64,000 nucleotides of DNA from an uncultured Clostridia bacterium (GTDB taxonomy: Bacteria; Bacillota; Clostridia; Oscillospirales; Acutalibacteraceae). Where the stretch lies: contig CALWVR010000027.1 of the NCBI GenBank assembly GCA_944385105.1, forward strand, positions 96,249-160,248, in the 5' to 3' direction. Under the pieces are notes generated by a model. That model searched no databases and was not told the origin of the DNA. It saw only the letters and a list, made by a program, of their open reading frames with translations. The position numbers and the translations under genes are program-made. Shown here one piece after another: positions 35,757 to 46,288 of this stretch. Position 1 is the first letter of the stretch. Each line of letters begins with the position of its first letter.

Positions 35757-37598
35757 TTATTTGTCGAAATACATATTATACCAGACTATGAAAGTATAAA
35801 TATTCCAAATTTTTCTGCTATTGTCTTCCTTACCGGTGTAGTGACTGTTAAGATAGGCCATCAATACATCTATATTAAAAAACTGATTTGCTACTTTAGA
35901 TGTAAATGCTTCTTTTACGATATTATAATATTTTTCTTGTTTTAGCCATACCCTAATAGGCACAGGAAAACCAAGTTTTTTCTTTTCAGCAGTAGCTTTA
36001 GGTAGCCGTTTAAGTGCTGCCTTTCTTAGAGCGTATTTTGTATTTTCATTATTTACCTTTAACTTCACAGGTAGGCGACTTGCAACTTTAAATACCTCAA
36101 TATCTAAAAATGGAACACGCAATTCAAGAGAATTAGCCATACTCATTCTATCTGCTTTTAATAAGATATCTCCTAGCATCCATAAGTTTATATCAAGATA
36201 TTGCATTTTTGTTATGTCTTCATAGTCCTGACATTTGTTATATATAACTTTGCAAAAGTCTTGAGGACGCGTTGCAATGGAGGGATCTTTTAGTATAGCT
36301 CTTTTGTCGTCGTAGTTAAATATAAATGCATTTCCAATAAATCTTTCTTCTAAGCTTTTGGCACCTCTTGATATAAAGCTTTTTCCTTTAAAGTTCAATG
36401 GAATAAGATTTGCTAACTTTGAAAAAAGTAGTCTTAGAGATCTAGGAACAAAACTTTGATACTTTGATAAGGAAAGGGGTTCGTGATAAATATTGTAACC
36501 TCCAAATAATTCATCAGCTCCTTCACCTGATAAAACAACCTTTACGTAATCCTTTGCAAGGTTTGAGACAAAATAAAGAGCAATGCATGCTGGATCTGCA
36601 AGAGGTTGATCTAGCATATATTGTATGTGTGGAATAATATCCCAAAATTCCTCAGGTGAAATAATTTTACTGTGATGTTCAATGTTTAATTTTTTGGATA
36701 GGTTATCTGCAAATGAAATTTCATTATATTTTTCACCATTGTCAAATCCAACAGTGAAAGCCTTTTTACCTTCAAAAAAAGTTGAAACATAGCTTGAGTC
36801 TATTCCACTTGATAAGAAACAGCCAACTTCCACATCACTTATTTTATGAACATTAATTGAATCTTCAAAAGTATTCTCTATTTGAGTTATAGCGTCATTA
36901 AGCGACAAATTTGGATCTTCATTAAATTTAGGATCGAAATATCTTTGAATTTCTATTTTACCGTTTTTATAATAAAGATAGTGCCCTGGAAGGAGGCAGT
37001 ATATATTTTGAAAAAGAGTTTCAGGTGCAGGTGCATACTGGAAGGATAGATAATTATCAAGAGCCTTTAAATTAAGTCTTTTTTCAAGACTTGGAAACTC
37101 AAGTAAACTTTTAATTTCAGATGCATATAGAAAATTATTATTACACATTGCATAATGTAAAGGCTTTATACCAAAAAAATCACGAGCTAGAAACAGAGTA
37201 TTTTCAACGGTGTTGAATATAGCAAAGCTAAACATACCTCTGAGTTTATATAGAAGATTTTCTTTCCACTGCTCAAAACCGTGTATTAAAACTTCTGAAT
37301 CAGTGTCGGTATTAAAAGTATGATTTTCATTTATTAGTTCTTCTTTTAACTCTTTGTAGTTATATATTTCACCGTTGAAAGTTAAGACAAGTGTCTTATC
37401 TTCATTGAAAATAGGCTGATTGCCTTGATTAAGATCAATAATACTAAGGCGTCTAAAACCCATAGCAATATTTTCATCAGTAAAAAATCCGGAGCTATCA
37501 GGCCCTCTGTGGGTGATTAAATTGGTCATTTCTTTTATTATTTTATCTTTATTATCAATTTCTCCTGTGAAGCCACAAATACCACACATATAGTACAC
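35757..37598 (-). CDS. asnB: Asparagine synthase (glutamine-hydrolysing)
   Basis: Ntn-amidotransferase N-terminus MCGICGF (the true start is probably 37589) and PP-loop LSSGIDSS. Confidence 0.93.
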   Translation of the reverse strand: MYYMCGICGFTGEIDNKDKIIKEMTNLITHRGPDSSGFFTDENIAMGFRRLSIIDLNQGNQPIFNEDKTLVLTFNGEIYNYKELKEELINENHTFNTDTDSEVLIHGFEQWKENLLYKLRGMFSFAIFNTVENTLFLARDFFGIKPLHYAMCNNNFLYASEIKSLLEFPSLEKRLNLKALDNYLSFQYAPAPETLFQNIYCLLPGHYLYYKNGKIEIQRYFDPKFNEDPNLSLNDAITQIENTFEDSINVHKISDVEVGCFLSSGIDSSYVSTFFEGKKAFTVGFDNGEKYNEISFADNLSKKLNIEHHSKIISPEEFWDIIPHIQYMLDQPLADPACIALYFVSNLAKDYVKVVLSGEGADELFGGYNIYHEPLSLSKYQSFVPRSLRLLFSKLANLIPLNFKGKSFISRGAKSLEERFIGNAFIFNYDDKRAILKDPSIATRPQDFCKVIYNKCQDYEDITKMQYLDINLWMLGDILLKADRMSMANSLELRVPFLDIEVFKVASRLPVKLKVNNENTKYALRKAALKRLPKATAEKKKLGFPVPIRVWLKQEKYYNIVKEAFTSKVANQFFNIDVLMAYLNSHYTGKEDNSRKIWNIYTFIVWYNMYFDK

Positions 37599-37633
37599 TC
37601 CCTATATTAATTATGACTGTCGTTAATTTTAAT

Positions 37634-39004
37634 TTAATTTTTATCTTTGGATTTACTCTCCTCATCTTTGATAGATATACTTATCTTTGATATTCTTCTA
37701 TCTTCAACTGAAGATACAATAAGTCTTACATTTTTAAAGTCGATATATGGATGTTCACCTTTTTTAGGTATATATCCTAAATGTTTTACCATAAAACCTG
37801 CTATTGTATCATAGTCCCCATCAGGGATTTTTATGTGCAAGAGATTAGACACTTCATCAATAGAAGTCATACCGTCTACAGTAAAACTGTTGTCACTTAT
37901 TTTAGTTATTTCTTCGTCTTCATTATCGTACTCATCTTGTATATTACCTACAATAGATTCCATAAGATCCTCAATAGTAATTAGCCCTTCAGTTCCTCCA
38001 TATTCATCAACAATTATAGCAATTTGAGTTTTTTTATCTGTAAGCTCTTTGAATAATTCACTGCAACGTTTTGTGCTAGGAATGTATATTACATTTCTCA
38101 TTATATCAGTAAGTCGTACCTTTGATTTATCAATAGAGTCATCAATATATTTAAGAAGATCTTTAACGTATATCATTCCTATTATATCGTCAATATCACT
38201 TTTAAATACTGGTATTCTTGAAAAGCCATATATAGTAGCAAGATTTATAGCTTTAGATAAAGATTCTATATCTTGTATAGCTATAATATCGGTTCTATGG
38301 GTCATAATTTCATTTGCAGTTTTGTCATCAAAGTCAAAAATATTCTCTATCATATTCTTGATGCTTTCCTCGATAACACCTTTTTCTTTACCTGCATCAA
38401 TCATCATTAATATTTCTTCTTCTGTGACAACTTCCTCATTTAAATTTGGATCAATTCCAAATAACCGCACAACAAAATTGGTGGATGAAGATAGGAGCTT
38501 TACAAAAGGATTAAATATTTTTTGAAAAGTGTCAATTATCCCAATTACTTTGAATGATATTTTTTCAGCATTTTGCATAGCAATTTTTTTAGGAACTAAT
38601 TCACCTAATACAAGTGAAAAGTATGATAAAATGATAGTTATTATTACTGTTGAAATAACATTTAAGAGATTTTTAGACAATGGTAGAAATGAAAGTGCGC
38701 TAGCAAGTTTTTCTGAAAAGAGAGTGGAGGCAGAAGCAGAAGTTAGAAAACCAGATAATGTAACTCCTACCTGAATTGTAGCGAGGAATTGACTAGAATT
38801 TTTAGTTACACTTAAGACCTTGATAGCACCCTTGTGTCCAGTTTTTGACATGTTTTTTATTTTATTATCGTTCAGAGTTATAATAGCAATTTCAGACATA
38901 GCAAAAAATGCATTAATCATTATTAGTATAAAAAGTAATATAATTTGGAAGGGAATACTCTCCATGAAATCATTTACGCTAAACTTGAGTAGGAATAAGT
39001 TCAT
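37634..39004 (-). CDS. CNNM/DUF21-CBS-CorC_HlyC family transporter (hemolysin-C-like)
   Basis: Four N-terminal TM helices, a CBS pair (IMTHRTDI..., IYVKDLL) and a CorC/HlyC C-terminal domain. Confidence 0.88.
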   Translation of the reverse strand: MNLFLLKFSVNDFMESIPFQIILLFILIMINAFFAMSEIAIITLNDNKIKNMSKTGHKGAIKVLSVTKNSSQFLATIQVGVTLSGFLTSASASTLFSEKLASALSFLPLSKNLLNVISTVIITIILSYFSLVLGELVPKKIAMQNAEKISFKVIGIIDTFQKIFNPFVKLLSSSTNFVVRLFGIDPNLNEEVVTEEEILMMIDAGKEKGVIEESIKNMIENIFDFDDKTANEIMTHRTDIIAIQDIESLSKAINLATIYGFSRIPVFKSDIDDIIGMIYVKDLLKYIDDSIDKSKVRLTDIMRNVIYIPSTKRCSELFKELTDKKTQIAIIVDEYGGTEGLITIEDLMESIVGNIQDEYDNEDEEITKISDNSFTVDGMTSIDEVSNLLHIKIPDGDYDTIAGFMVKHLGYIPKKGEHPYIDFKNVRLIVSSVEDRRISKISISIKDEESKSKDKN

Positions 39005-39245
39005 AAAATATTCACCTCGACGATAATTAATTTTATTTTAAAGAAAATAATTTTAAAAGTCAACTCATATTTTGTAATTTAAACAACATTAAATTATAAT
39101 AAATAATATATTTAGGTATATGTTATACAAAAGTTGTTAGCTATTTTGTCTTTACATAATGCAATAAAAGTGATAAAATATGATTAATATGATTATGTGA
39201 CATTGTCAATTATTACATAATGTTAACCTTAAAGGAGGAAAAGTT

Positions 39246-42200
39246 ATGTCTAGAAAAATGAAAACTATGGATGGAAACAGTGCAGCTGCTCACGTATCTT
39301 ATGCTTTTACGGAGGTTGCAGCTATTTATCCTATTACCCCTTCTTCTGTTATGGCAGATGAGACTGATAAATATTCTTTCTCAGGAAGAAAAAATATATT
39401 TGGAAAAGAAGTAAAAGTGACCGAAATGCAATCTGAAGCTGGTGCTGCTGGTGCAGTTCATGGTTCACTTGCTGCAGGAGCTTTAACTACAACATACACA
39501 GCTTCACAAGGCTTACTCTTAATGATACCTAACATGTACAAAATGGCTGGAGAACTATTACCAAGTGTAATTCATGTATCAGCTCGAGCTCTTACTAGCC
39601 ACGCTCTTTCAATTTTTGGCGATCATTCGGACATTTATGCATGCCGTCAAACTGGATATGCAATGTTATGCTCAAGCAATCCTCAAGAGGTAATGGACTT
39701 AGGAGCAGTTGCCCATTTAGCAGCAATTAAAGGTAGAGTTCCATTTTTACATTTCTTCGATGGCTTTAGAACTTCACATGAAATTCAAAAGATTGCAGTT
39801 TGGGACTATGAAGAGCTTTCTGATATGCTAGACTTTAATGCTGTTAATGCATTTAGAAGAAGAGCTTTGAACCCTGAACATCCGGTTTTAAGAGGATCTG
39901 CACAAAATGATGATATATTCTTTCAGGCAAGAGAGGCTTGTAATACTTATTATGATAAGGTTCCTGAAGTCGTCGTTGAATATATGGATAAGGTGAATGA
40001 GAGAATAGGGACTGACTATAAACCATTTAATTATTATGGTGCCCAAGATGCAGAGCGAATAATAGTTGCAATGGGTTCAGTGTGTGATACTATTGAGGAA
40101 GTAGTAGACTATCTTAACGCAGCTGGAGACAAAGTAGGTGTTATAAAGGTTAGACTATATAGACCATTTGTTGCAAAGTATTTACTAGACGTCATCCCCA
40201 AAACAGTAAAAAATATTTCTGTACTCGATAGGACAAAAGAACCAGGCTCAATAGGAGAACCTCTATATTTAGATGTACTTGCAGCCCTTTCAGATTCTGA
40301 GTTTTCTAATATACCCATATATGCAGGAAGATATGGGTTAGGTTCGAAAGATACATGTCCTGGAGATATAGTGGCAGTTTTTCGTAACATGCATAGCGTG
40401 ATTGCTAAAAAACGTTTTACTATAGGAATAGTAGATGATGTTACAAATTTATCGCTTGATGTTTTAACGAATCCGGATACTACTAAAGAAGGTACCACAT
40501 CATGTAAGTTTTGGGGACTAGGCTCTGACGGAACAGTAGGTGCTAATAAAAACTCAATTAAGATAATTGGTGACCACACAGATCTTTATGTACAAGGTTA
40601 TTTTGCCTATGATTCTAAGAAATCAGGGGGAATAACTATATCACACTTAAGATTTGGAAAACAACCAATTAAGTCTACATATTATATAACAAAAGCAGAC
40701 TTTGTTGCTTGTCATAATCCGTCATACGTTGATAAATATGATATGGTTCAGGATTTAAAACCTGGAGGGAAATTTTTACTTAATTGTTCTTGGGATACAA
40801 AAGAACTAGATAAAAGATTGCCTGGCCGTGTGAAGAAATATATTGCTGAAAATGATATTAAGTTTTATATAATAGATGGAATTAAGATTGGAAAGGAAAT
40901 TGGACTTGGTGGAAGAATTAATACAATTTTACAATCTGCTTTCTTTAAAATTGCAAACATTATAAATCCAGAAGATGCTATTAAATATATGAAGGAGGCA
41001 GCTACAAAATCATATAGTAAAAAAGGTGAAAAAATTGTAGCTATGAATCATATGGCAATTGAGAGAGGAATGCAGGACCTAAGATGTATTGAGGTTCCGG
41101 ATGAATGGAAAAATGCAGTAGATAGTACTAAAGAAAACATAGAAACAGGAGAAAGAAAAGACCTAATTAAGTATGTGAATAACATTTTAAAACCAGTTAA
41201 CGCATATAAGGGAAATGAATTACCTGTTTCGGCATTTATGGATAGTGTTGATGGAACAGTTCCACAGGGATCTTCTGCGTACGAAAAACGGGGAATAGCT
41301 GTTGATGTACCTGAGTGGAAGCCAGAAAATTGTATTCAATGTAATTTCTGTTCACTTGTGTGCCCCCATGCAGTAATTCGTCCGGTAGCAATGACCGAAG
41401 AAGAACTTAAGAATGCGCCATCATGTACAAAGTCTAAAGACATGATAGGAGTACCTTCAATGAAATTTGCGGTAACAATATCACCTCTTGATTGCACAGG
41501 ATGTGGTTCATGTGCAAATGTATGCCCTGGAATGAAAGGCAAAAAAGCATTAGAAATGAAGAGTATAGATTCACAAAGAGAGCAACAGTCTGTATTTAAT
41601 TATGCAGTTAATTTACCGGAAAAAGAGGAAGTTAAAGATAAGTTTAAAGGGACTACTATAAAAGGAAGTCAATTTAGAAAACCTTTACTTGAGTTTTCCG
41701 GAGCTTGTGCAGGATGTGGAGAGACTCCATATGCAAAGCTTGCAACGCAACTCTTTGGAGACAGAATGTTTATTGCGAATGCTACGGGTTGTTCTTCAAT
41801 TTGGGGTGGTTCTGCACCGGCAACTCCTTATACAGTAAATAAAAAGGGACATGGTCCAGCATGGCAAAACTCATTATTTGAAGACAATGCAGAGTTTGGC
41901 TATGGAATGGCGCTAGCTCAAAATGCAGTTCGAGATAGACTAAGAGAATATATTGAAAAAATACACGAATCTACTAATGATGAGAATTTAAAAAGTAGAT
42001 GTCAAGCCTATTTTGATACTTTTGATGATAGTGGAAAGAATAGAAAAGCAACAGATGAATTAATAGAAAGTTTAGAAAAACTTTCAAAGGGTTCAAGTGA
42101 AATTAGTGAACTTGCAAGTAAGATATTAAATGATAAAGACTATTTAGCCAAGAAGTCGATGTGGATATTCGGCGGAGATGGATGGGCATATGATATAGGA

Positions 42201-42806
42201 TTTGGAGGGCTTGACCATGTTATTGCATCTGGAGAAAATGTCAATATTTTAGTATTTGATACTGAGGTATATTCAAATACAGGCGGGCAGGCATCGAAAG
42301 CAACGCCTATAGGCTCTATAGCACAATTTGCTGCGGCCGGTAAGAAAACTAAGAAGAAAGACTTAGCGGCAATAGCCATGAGTTATGGATACGTATATGT
42401 AGCGCAAGTTGCAATGGGTGCAGATTTTAATCAGTGTGTAAAAGCCTTTAACGAAGCTGAGAGTTATAATGGTCCGTCAATTATAATTGCCTATGCGCCA
42501 TGCATCAATCATGGCATAAAAGGCGGGATGGGTATTGGCCAATCTGAAGAGAAAAAAGCTGTTGAGTCAGGCTATTGGAATTTATTTAGATTTGATCCTA
42601 GGAAAGAAGGAGATAATCCATTTACACTTGATAGCAAGGCTCCAAAATCAAGTTACCGAGATTTCATTATGGGTGAAGTTAGATATAATTCTCTTGTACG
42701 TTCATCACCGGAAGTAGCAGAAAAGCTATTTGATAAAGCTGAGAAAGAAGCGCTTAATAAATATGATTACTTATTGAAGCTTTCTAGTTTATACAATAAT
42801 AATTAA
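39246..42806 (+). CDS. nifJ: Pyruvate:ferredoxin (flavodoxin) oxidoreductase
   Basis: 1186 aa, with two 4Fe-4S motifs (CIQCNFCSLVCP, CTGCGSCANVCP) and a TPP-binding region GGDGWAYDIG. Confidence 0.95.
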   Translation: MSRKMKTMDGNSAAAHVSYAFTEVAAIYPITPSSVMADETDKYSFSGRKNIFGKEVKVTEMQSEAGAAGAVHGSLAAGALTTTYTASQGLLLMIPNMYKMAGELLPSVIHVSARALTSHALSIFGDHSDIYACRQTGYAMLCSSNPQEVMDLGAVAHLAAIKGRVPFLHFFDGFRTSHEIQKIAVWDYEELSDMLDFNAVNAFRRRALNPEHPVLRGSAQNDDIFFQAREACNTYYDKVPEVVVEYMDKVNERIGTDYKPFNYYGAQDAERIIVAMGSVCDTIEEVVDYLNAAGDKVGVIKVRLYRPFVAKYLLDVIPKTVKNISVLDRTKEPGSIGEPLYLDVLAALSDSEFSNIPIYAGRYGLGSKDTCPGDIVAVFRNMHSVIAKKRFTIGIVDDVTNLSLDVLTNPDTTKEGTTSCKFWGLGSDGTVGANKNSIKIIGDHTDLYVQGYFAYDSKKSGGITISHLRFGKQPIKSTYYITKADFVACHNPSYVDKYDMVQDLKPGGKFLLNCSWDTKELDKRLPGRVKKYIAENDIKFYIIDGIKIGKEIGLGGRINTILQSAFFKIANIINPEDAIKYMKEAATKSYSKKGEKIVAMNHMAIERGMQDLRCIEVPDEWKNAVDSTKENIETGERKDLIKYVNNILKPVNAYKGNELPVSAFMDSVDGTVPQGSSAYEKRGIAVDVPEWKPENCIQCNFCSLVCPHAVIRPVAMTEEELKNAPSCTKSKDMIGVPSMKFAVTISPLDCTGCGSCANVCPGMKGKKALEMKSIDSQREQQSVFNYAVNLPEKEEVKDKFKGTTIKGSQFRKPLLEFSGACAGCGETPYAKLATQLFGDRMFIANATGCSSIWGGSAPATPYTVNKKGHGPAWQNSLFEDNAEFGYGMALAQNAVRDRLREYIEKIHESTNDENLKSRCQAYFDTFDDSGKNRKATDELIESLEKLSKGSSEISELASKILNDKDYLAKKSMWIFGGDGWAYDIGFGGLDHVIASGENVNILVFDTEVYSNTGGQASKATPIGSIAQFAAAGKKTKKKDLAAIAMSYGYVYVAQVAMGADFNQCVKAFNEAESYNGPSIIIAYAPCINHGIKGGMGIGQSEEKKAVESGYWNLFRFDPRKEGDNPFTLDSKAPKSSYRDFIMGEVRYNSLVRSSPEVAEKLFDKAEKEALNKYDYLLKLSSLYNNN

Positions 42807-42815
42807 TAAAAGCTA

Positions 42816-42848
42816 AAAAGGGTTGCTGCAAAAAGGCAATCCTTTTTA
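42816..42848 (+). terminator. Rho-independent terminator after nifJ
   Basis: Hairpin AAAAGGGTTGC...GCAATCCTTTTT. Confidence 0.8.
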
Positions 42849-43082
42849 GTAGTTTTGTATCCTTGAAATACAAAAGATATCTTGCTATTTAATTGACTAG
42901 GATTTATTAGTTGATCACAAGGGTGTGCAATATATATATATTATCTAAAAAAAGAAAAATAAAAGTATATATATTTGCAGAAAAAGAGTCATATTTCTTA
43001 TAAGTAAAAATATTTGATTTGATTTATGATAAACTTAGTTTTGTCAATTCGACAAAAATTAAAATTTTTAGGAGAGTTCATT

Positions 43083-44219
43083 ATGAAAAAAAAGGTAATA
43101 TCAATAGTTTTAGCGGCAGCTATGCCATTAAGTGCAATTGGTGGTCTAAATTGCTTTGCTAGTACTGAAGGGAAAGCTTCATTAGATAGTTTAAGGAATT
43201 TTGGTAGTGCTAGGTTACTTTCTGCGATGCAGGCTAACGGCGATTCTAATTTAACAGATGATGAGCAAGAAGGATGGGAGATAAAAGAGGATAGCTCTGA
43301 AAGTATTAATTTATATGACTCCTCAAGTGAAAGTGAGGGAGAAGAATTATCAGAAGAAGAGCAAGCGGAAGAAGAAGAAGAAGAAGATCAAGCAGAAGAA
43401 GATCAACCAGAAGAATCTTCTACGTTACGCAGGGGAATATCAAATTTGAAGGAACATGCATCTAATGCGTCTAAAAAAGTAAGTGATAAATTTTCATCTT
43501 TAAAACAAGGTGTATCTAATGCATCTAAAAAAGCATGCAACACAATTTCAACACATAAACTTGAAACTGCATTATGTGTAGGAGGTATAGCCTTGGCAGC
43601 AGGGACTGCATATAGTCTATATAGAATTAATAGTCGCTTAAATGACTTGTATGAATTAACTGGTAATAAAAATTATGAAGAAGAAGTATGTAATGCTGAT
43701 GGAGTACAAGCTAAATTAGAGAATTTCAAAGGTTTAACTAAAGCTGGTTTTATATCAGCTGCAAGTAAAACAAAGAGTACTTTTGCGAATTTAAAGGATT
43801 CAGCTAAAGATGGTTTAACATCAGCTGCAAGTAAAACAAAGAATACTTTTGTGAGCTTAAAAGATTCAGCTAAGAATAAAGCATCAGCAATTTTTGAAGC
43901 GATGAAAGCTAAGAGAATTGATAAAGCTAATAAAAAGTTACGTGAATTCTATGGATTAAATGATAAAGTAAGTAAAGTAAGTGAAGAATGCCCTAATATC
44001 AAGGAAAAAGTATGTAAGACAAGTTCATTAAGAAATCTTGCATTCAAGACTAAAAATTGGGTTGTGAACAACATAAGTGGTAAGTTAGGAAAAAATAATT
44101 CAAATGAAGGCCAAATAGCACAGTATAGTATAAATAAAAATAATAACAATTTAGGAAAGGATAAAATTTGGACATATTATCAAATAGGTAATTGCTATTG
44201 TGCTTGTTCAGAGGAATAA
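43083..44219 (+). CDS. Hypothetical secreted/membrane protein with acidic low-complexity tract and internal repeats
   Basis: ATG 43083 follows AGGAGAG. Signal peptide is MKKKVISIVLAAAMPLSAIGGLNCFAS. It has a Glu-rich run (EEEQAEEEEEEDQAEEDQPEE), repeated SNASKK and SAASKTK.TF..LKDSAK units, one internal hydrophobic helix, and a C-terminal CYCAC. Confidence 0.55.
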   Translation: MKKKVISIVLAAAMPLSAIGGLNCFASTEGKASLDSLRNFGSARLLSAMQANGDSNLTDDEQEGWEIKEDSSESINLYDSSSESEGEELSEEEQAEEEEEEDQAEEDQPEESSTLRRGISNLKEHASNASKKVSDKFSSLKQGVSNASKKACNTISTHKLETALCVGGIALAAGTAYSLYRINSRLNDLYELTGNKNYEEEVCNADGVQAKLENFKGLTKAGFISAASKTKSTFANLKDSAKDGLTSAASKTKNTFVSLKDSAKNKASAIFEAMKAKRIDKANKKLREFYGLNDKVSKVSEECPNIKEKVCKTSSLRNLAFKTKNWVVNNISGKLGKNNSNEGQIAQYSINKNNNNLGKDKIWTYYQIGNCYCACSEE

Positions 44220-44278
44220 AAATTTAACCTTTTAATAGACTACATCTGTTTTTATCTTATTGAAGTGATGATAATTGT

Positions 44279-44320
44279 AAAAGCATGCTTTCTTAGAAAT
44301 CTTAGGAGGCATGCTTTTTA
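44279..44320 (+). terminator. Rho-independent terminator
   Basis: Hairpin AAAAGCATGC...GCATGCTTTTT. Confidence 0.75.
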
Positions 44321-44615
44321 ATGATTGTGCGTGTTAACAAAGATTGTTGGGTTGCATGGCACCTTATTCGTAATAGAATAGCAAAATCCATATTTTTCTT
44401 TTATGAAAAAATAGTATTGTACTTTATGGTAAAATATAATTAAATGTGAACAAGTATTTACTTAGTTGAATATTTGCTATTAAAGCAAATAAATTTGTGT
44501 TATAGGAAGATTGAAAAGGCAAGTGTGCCATTAAATATTAAGTTGTGGAAATTTTATAATAAAAATATTAATTTTATTTTTTAATTTCATTTGCATTATA
44601 ATTTTGGATATCTAA

Positions 44616-44644
44616 TTGACTAAAATTTTTTTTAGTGATATAAT
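44616..44644 (+). promoter_or_regulatory. Near-consensus sigmaA promoter with extended -10
   Basis: TTGACT, a 17-nt spacer containing TG-a, then TATAAT (44639-44644). It lies 34 nt upstream of the ATG at 44678. Confidence 0.6.
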
Positions 44645-44677
44645 TTAATAAATTTTTATATAGGGGTAGGTTAGGAC

Positions 44678-46051
44678 ATGAAGAAATTATTGTCAATATT
44701 TTGTACTTTATTATTAATAAGTATGATTTCTATTAGTTCATTTGCAGGAGGTAATTTAGAATCAAATGTGATAAAGGTGACTGGAAAATCAAGTCCAACA
44801 TCACAAGCTCCCATTAATTTTATTCTTAAAGAATGTACTGCTAATTTAAGCTACGATCCACCTAGCTTTGAACACCTTGAGTGCGATTTAGACCAAAGGG
44901 TATTTTTTTCAAGTAAGGGAAGTGTAATGCTTAAGGATACTGATAATTGGATAAAAAATGGCTATATATCAGTTAGAATAAAAAAACCTAAGTTAAAAAG
45001 GTCTTTTAATTTGTTTCACCCTACTACGTTCTGTAAAAAGGTTCCAGTGAATGCAGATGTAAATAGGTTTTATATACAAGGGCCAAAATTGAGAGCACCA
45101 TTTTGGCATCCAATAAAGAAATTAAAGTATTGGTGGAATCCTCAGTATATAACAATAAACTATGGTCTTGCTCTAACAGATAAAGATGATGAAAAAATTT
45201 ATTCACTGCCTAAGTTAGACATGGGGATGAAAACTAAAGCTCAGGAAGATGAAGAAAGGTTAGATAAGGCAATAGAAAGCCATAATCCACAACAGAAAGC
45301 TAAAGTCAAGGGTTCATTTAGGATGTATGACACATTTTTATTGAATTCAGAGAAAAAAAATGCAAAGTATTATACAGCTGAAGCAGCTAAGAAGGAAAAT
45401 GTAGAGAATGAAAAAAAGAGGGAAGAATTTAGACGTAAGCTTGCCAATTTAAATAAAGAAGAAATGCTTATTGAGGGAGAAATAGCACGTCTTACACCTG
45501 ATAATCCTGTTTGTAATTTTAGATTAGTTATCAATAATAATGAAGGGCTAAATGCGGACAGAATGGCTTTGTTATTAAGTGCGCAACAAGATGCAGAACT
45601 TTGTTTTGAAGATAATTCTAAATTGGATTTAGAGTTTGTTTATGTATATCCGTTGCCAGATAGATTAAAGCCTGCGAAAGAAGATGCTCTTACCTTAAAA
45701 GGCTTATTGAATCCGAATGAAGACTCCCGTATAAATTTAGTAAAGGAAATGAATAGTGCTGTGAATGCACATAGGAGACCATTATTAAGTATGATACGTA
45801 AGGTTGTTGGTAGTAAAGGTGTTTTAGAGCCAAAGAAGCCGATACAAAAAGTTATAAACGGTGGTGTTCCTGATAAAACTGAAAAATCTGTTCAAACGCA
45901 AGAATTAAAAGAAACTGAAAAAAGAGATAAAAAAGATGTTGAAATTGAAATGATAACAGAAAGCAAAGTGGAAAAAGAAAATCTAGATAGCCAGATTGAC
46001 ATACCTACTTTTGAGGTATATACTGTGGATAAAAGTGAAGAAGAAGACTAG
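44678..46051 (+). CDS. Hypothetical secreted protein (457 aa), Lys/Glu-rich C-terminal half
   Basis: Signal peptide MKKLLSIFCTLLLISMISISSFAGG and RBS TAGGGGTAGG. I recognise no family motif. Confidence 0.6.
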   Translation: MKKLLSIFCTLLLISMISISSFAGGNLESNVIKVTGKSSPTSQAPINFILKECTANLSYDPPSFEHLECDLDQRVFFSSKGSVMLKDTDNWIKNGYISVRIKKPKLKRSFNLFHPTTFCKKVPVNADVNRFYIQGPKLRAPFWHPIKKLKYWWNPQYITINYGLALTDKDDEKIYSLPKLDMGMKTKAQEDEERLDKAIESHNPQQKAKVKGSFRMYDTFLLNSEKKNAKYYTAEAAKKENVENEKKREEFRRKLANLNKEEMLIEGEIARLTPDNPVCNFRLVINNNEGLNADRMALLLSAQQDAELCFEDNSKLDLEFVYVYPLPDRLKPAKEDALTLKGLLNPNEDSRINLVKEMNSAVNAHRRPLLSMIRKVVGSKGVLEPKKPIQKVINGGVPDKTEKSVQTQELKETEKRDKKDVEIEMITESKVEKENLDSQIDIPTFEVYTVDKSEEED

Positions 46052-46220
46052 ACGAAGAAACAAAAAAGAGCAAAGTGAAAAGGCGGAAGTAACAAAAAGA
46101 GATCAATTTGAAAAATAAATGTAATCTAACAAAAGTAGTTTGTTTAAAAGCTAAAATAAATTGATGTATAAATATTACCCAGTTACTAGATGTAAGAAGT
46201 AAGACTAATTTCTATTAAAT

Positions 46221-46258
46221 AAAACAAGCAGTAAGTTATAACTTACTGCTTGTTTTTC
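46221..46258. terminator. Bidirectional terminator between convergent genes
   Basis: A 16-bp stem AAAACAAGCAGTAAGT/ACTTACTGCTTGTTTT with A/T runs on both sides. Confidence 0.8.
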
Positions 46259-46288
46259 TATAGTCAAGGAACTATACATAGAGAAAAT

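Noticed and set aside
38049-39026. Plus-strand ORFs (158, 81 and 68 aa) opposite the CNNM transporter gene
   Set aside because: They are antisense shadows in AT-rich DNA. The minus-strand frame encodes a complete DUF21-CBS-CorC architecture.
40109-40579. 156-aa minus-strand ORF inside nifJ
   Set aside because: It is antisense to a well-supported PFOR coding frame. The same reasoning applies to the other short antisense ORFs in the track within metG, priA, groEL, the ABC exporters and similar genes.
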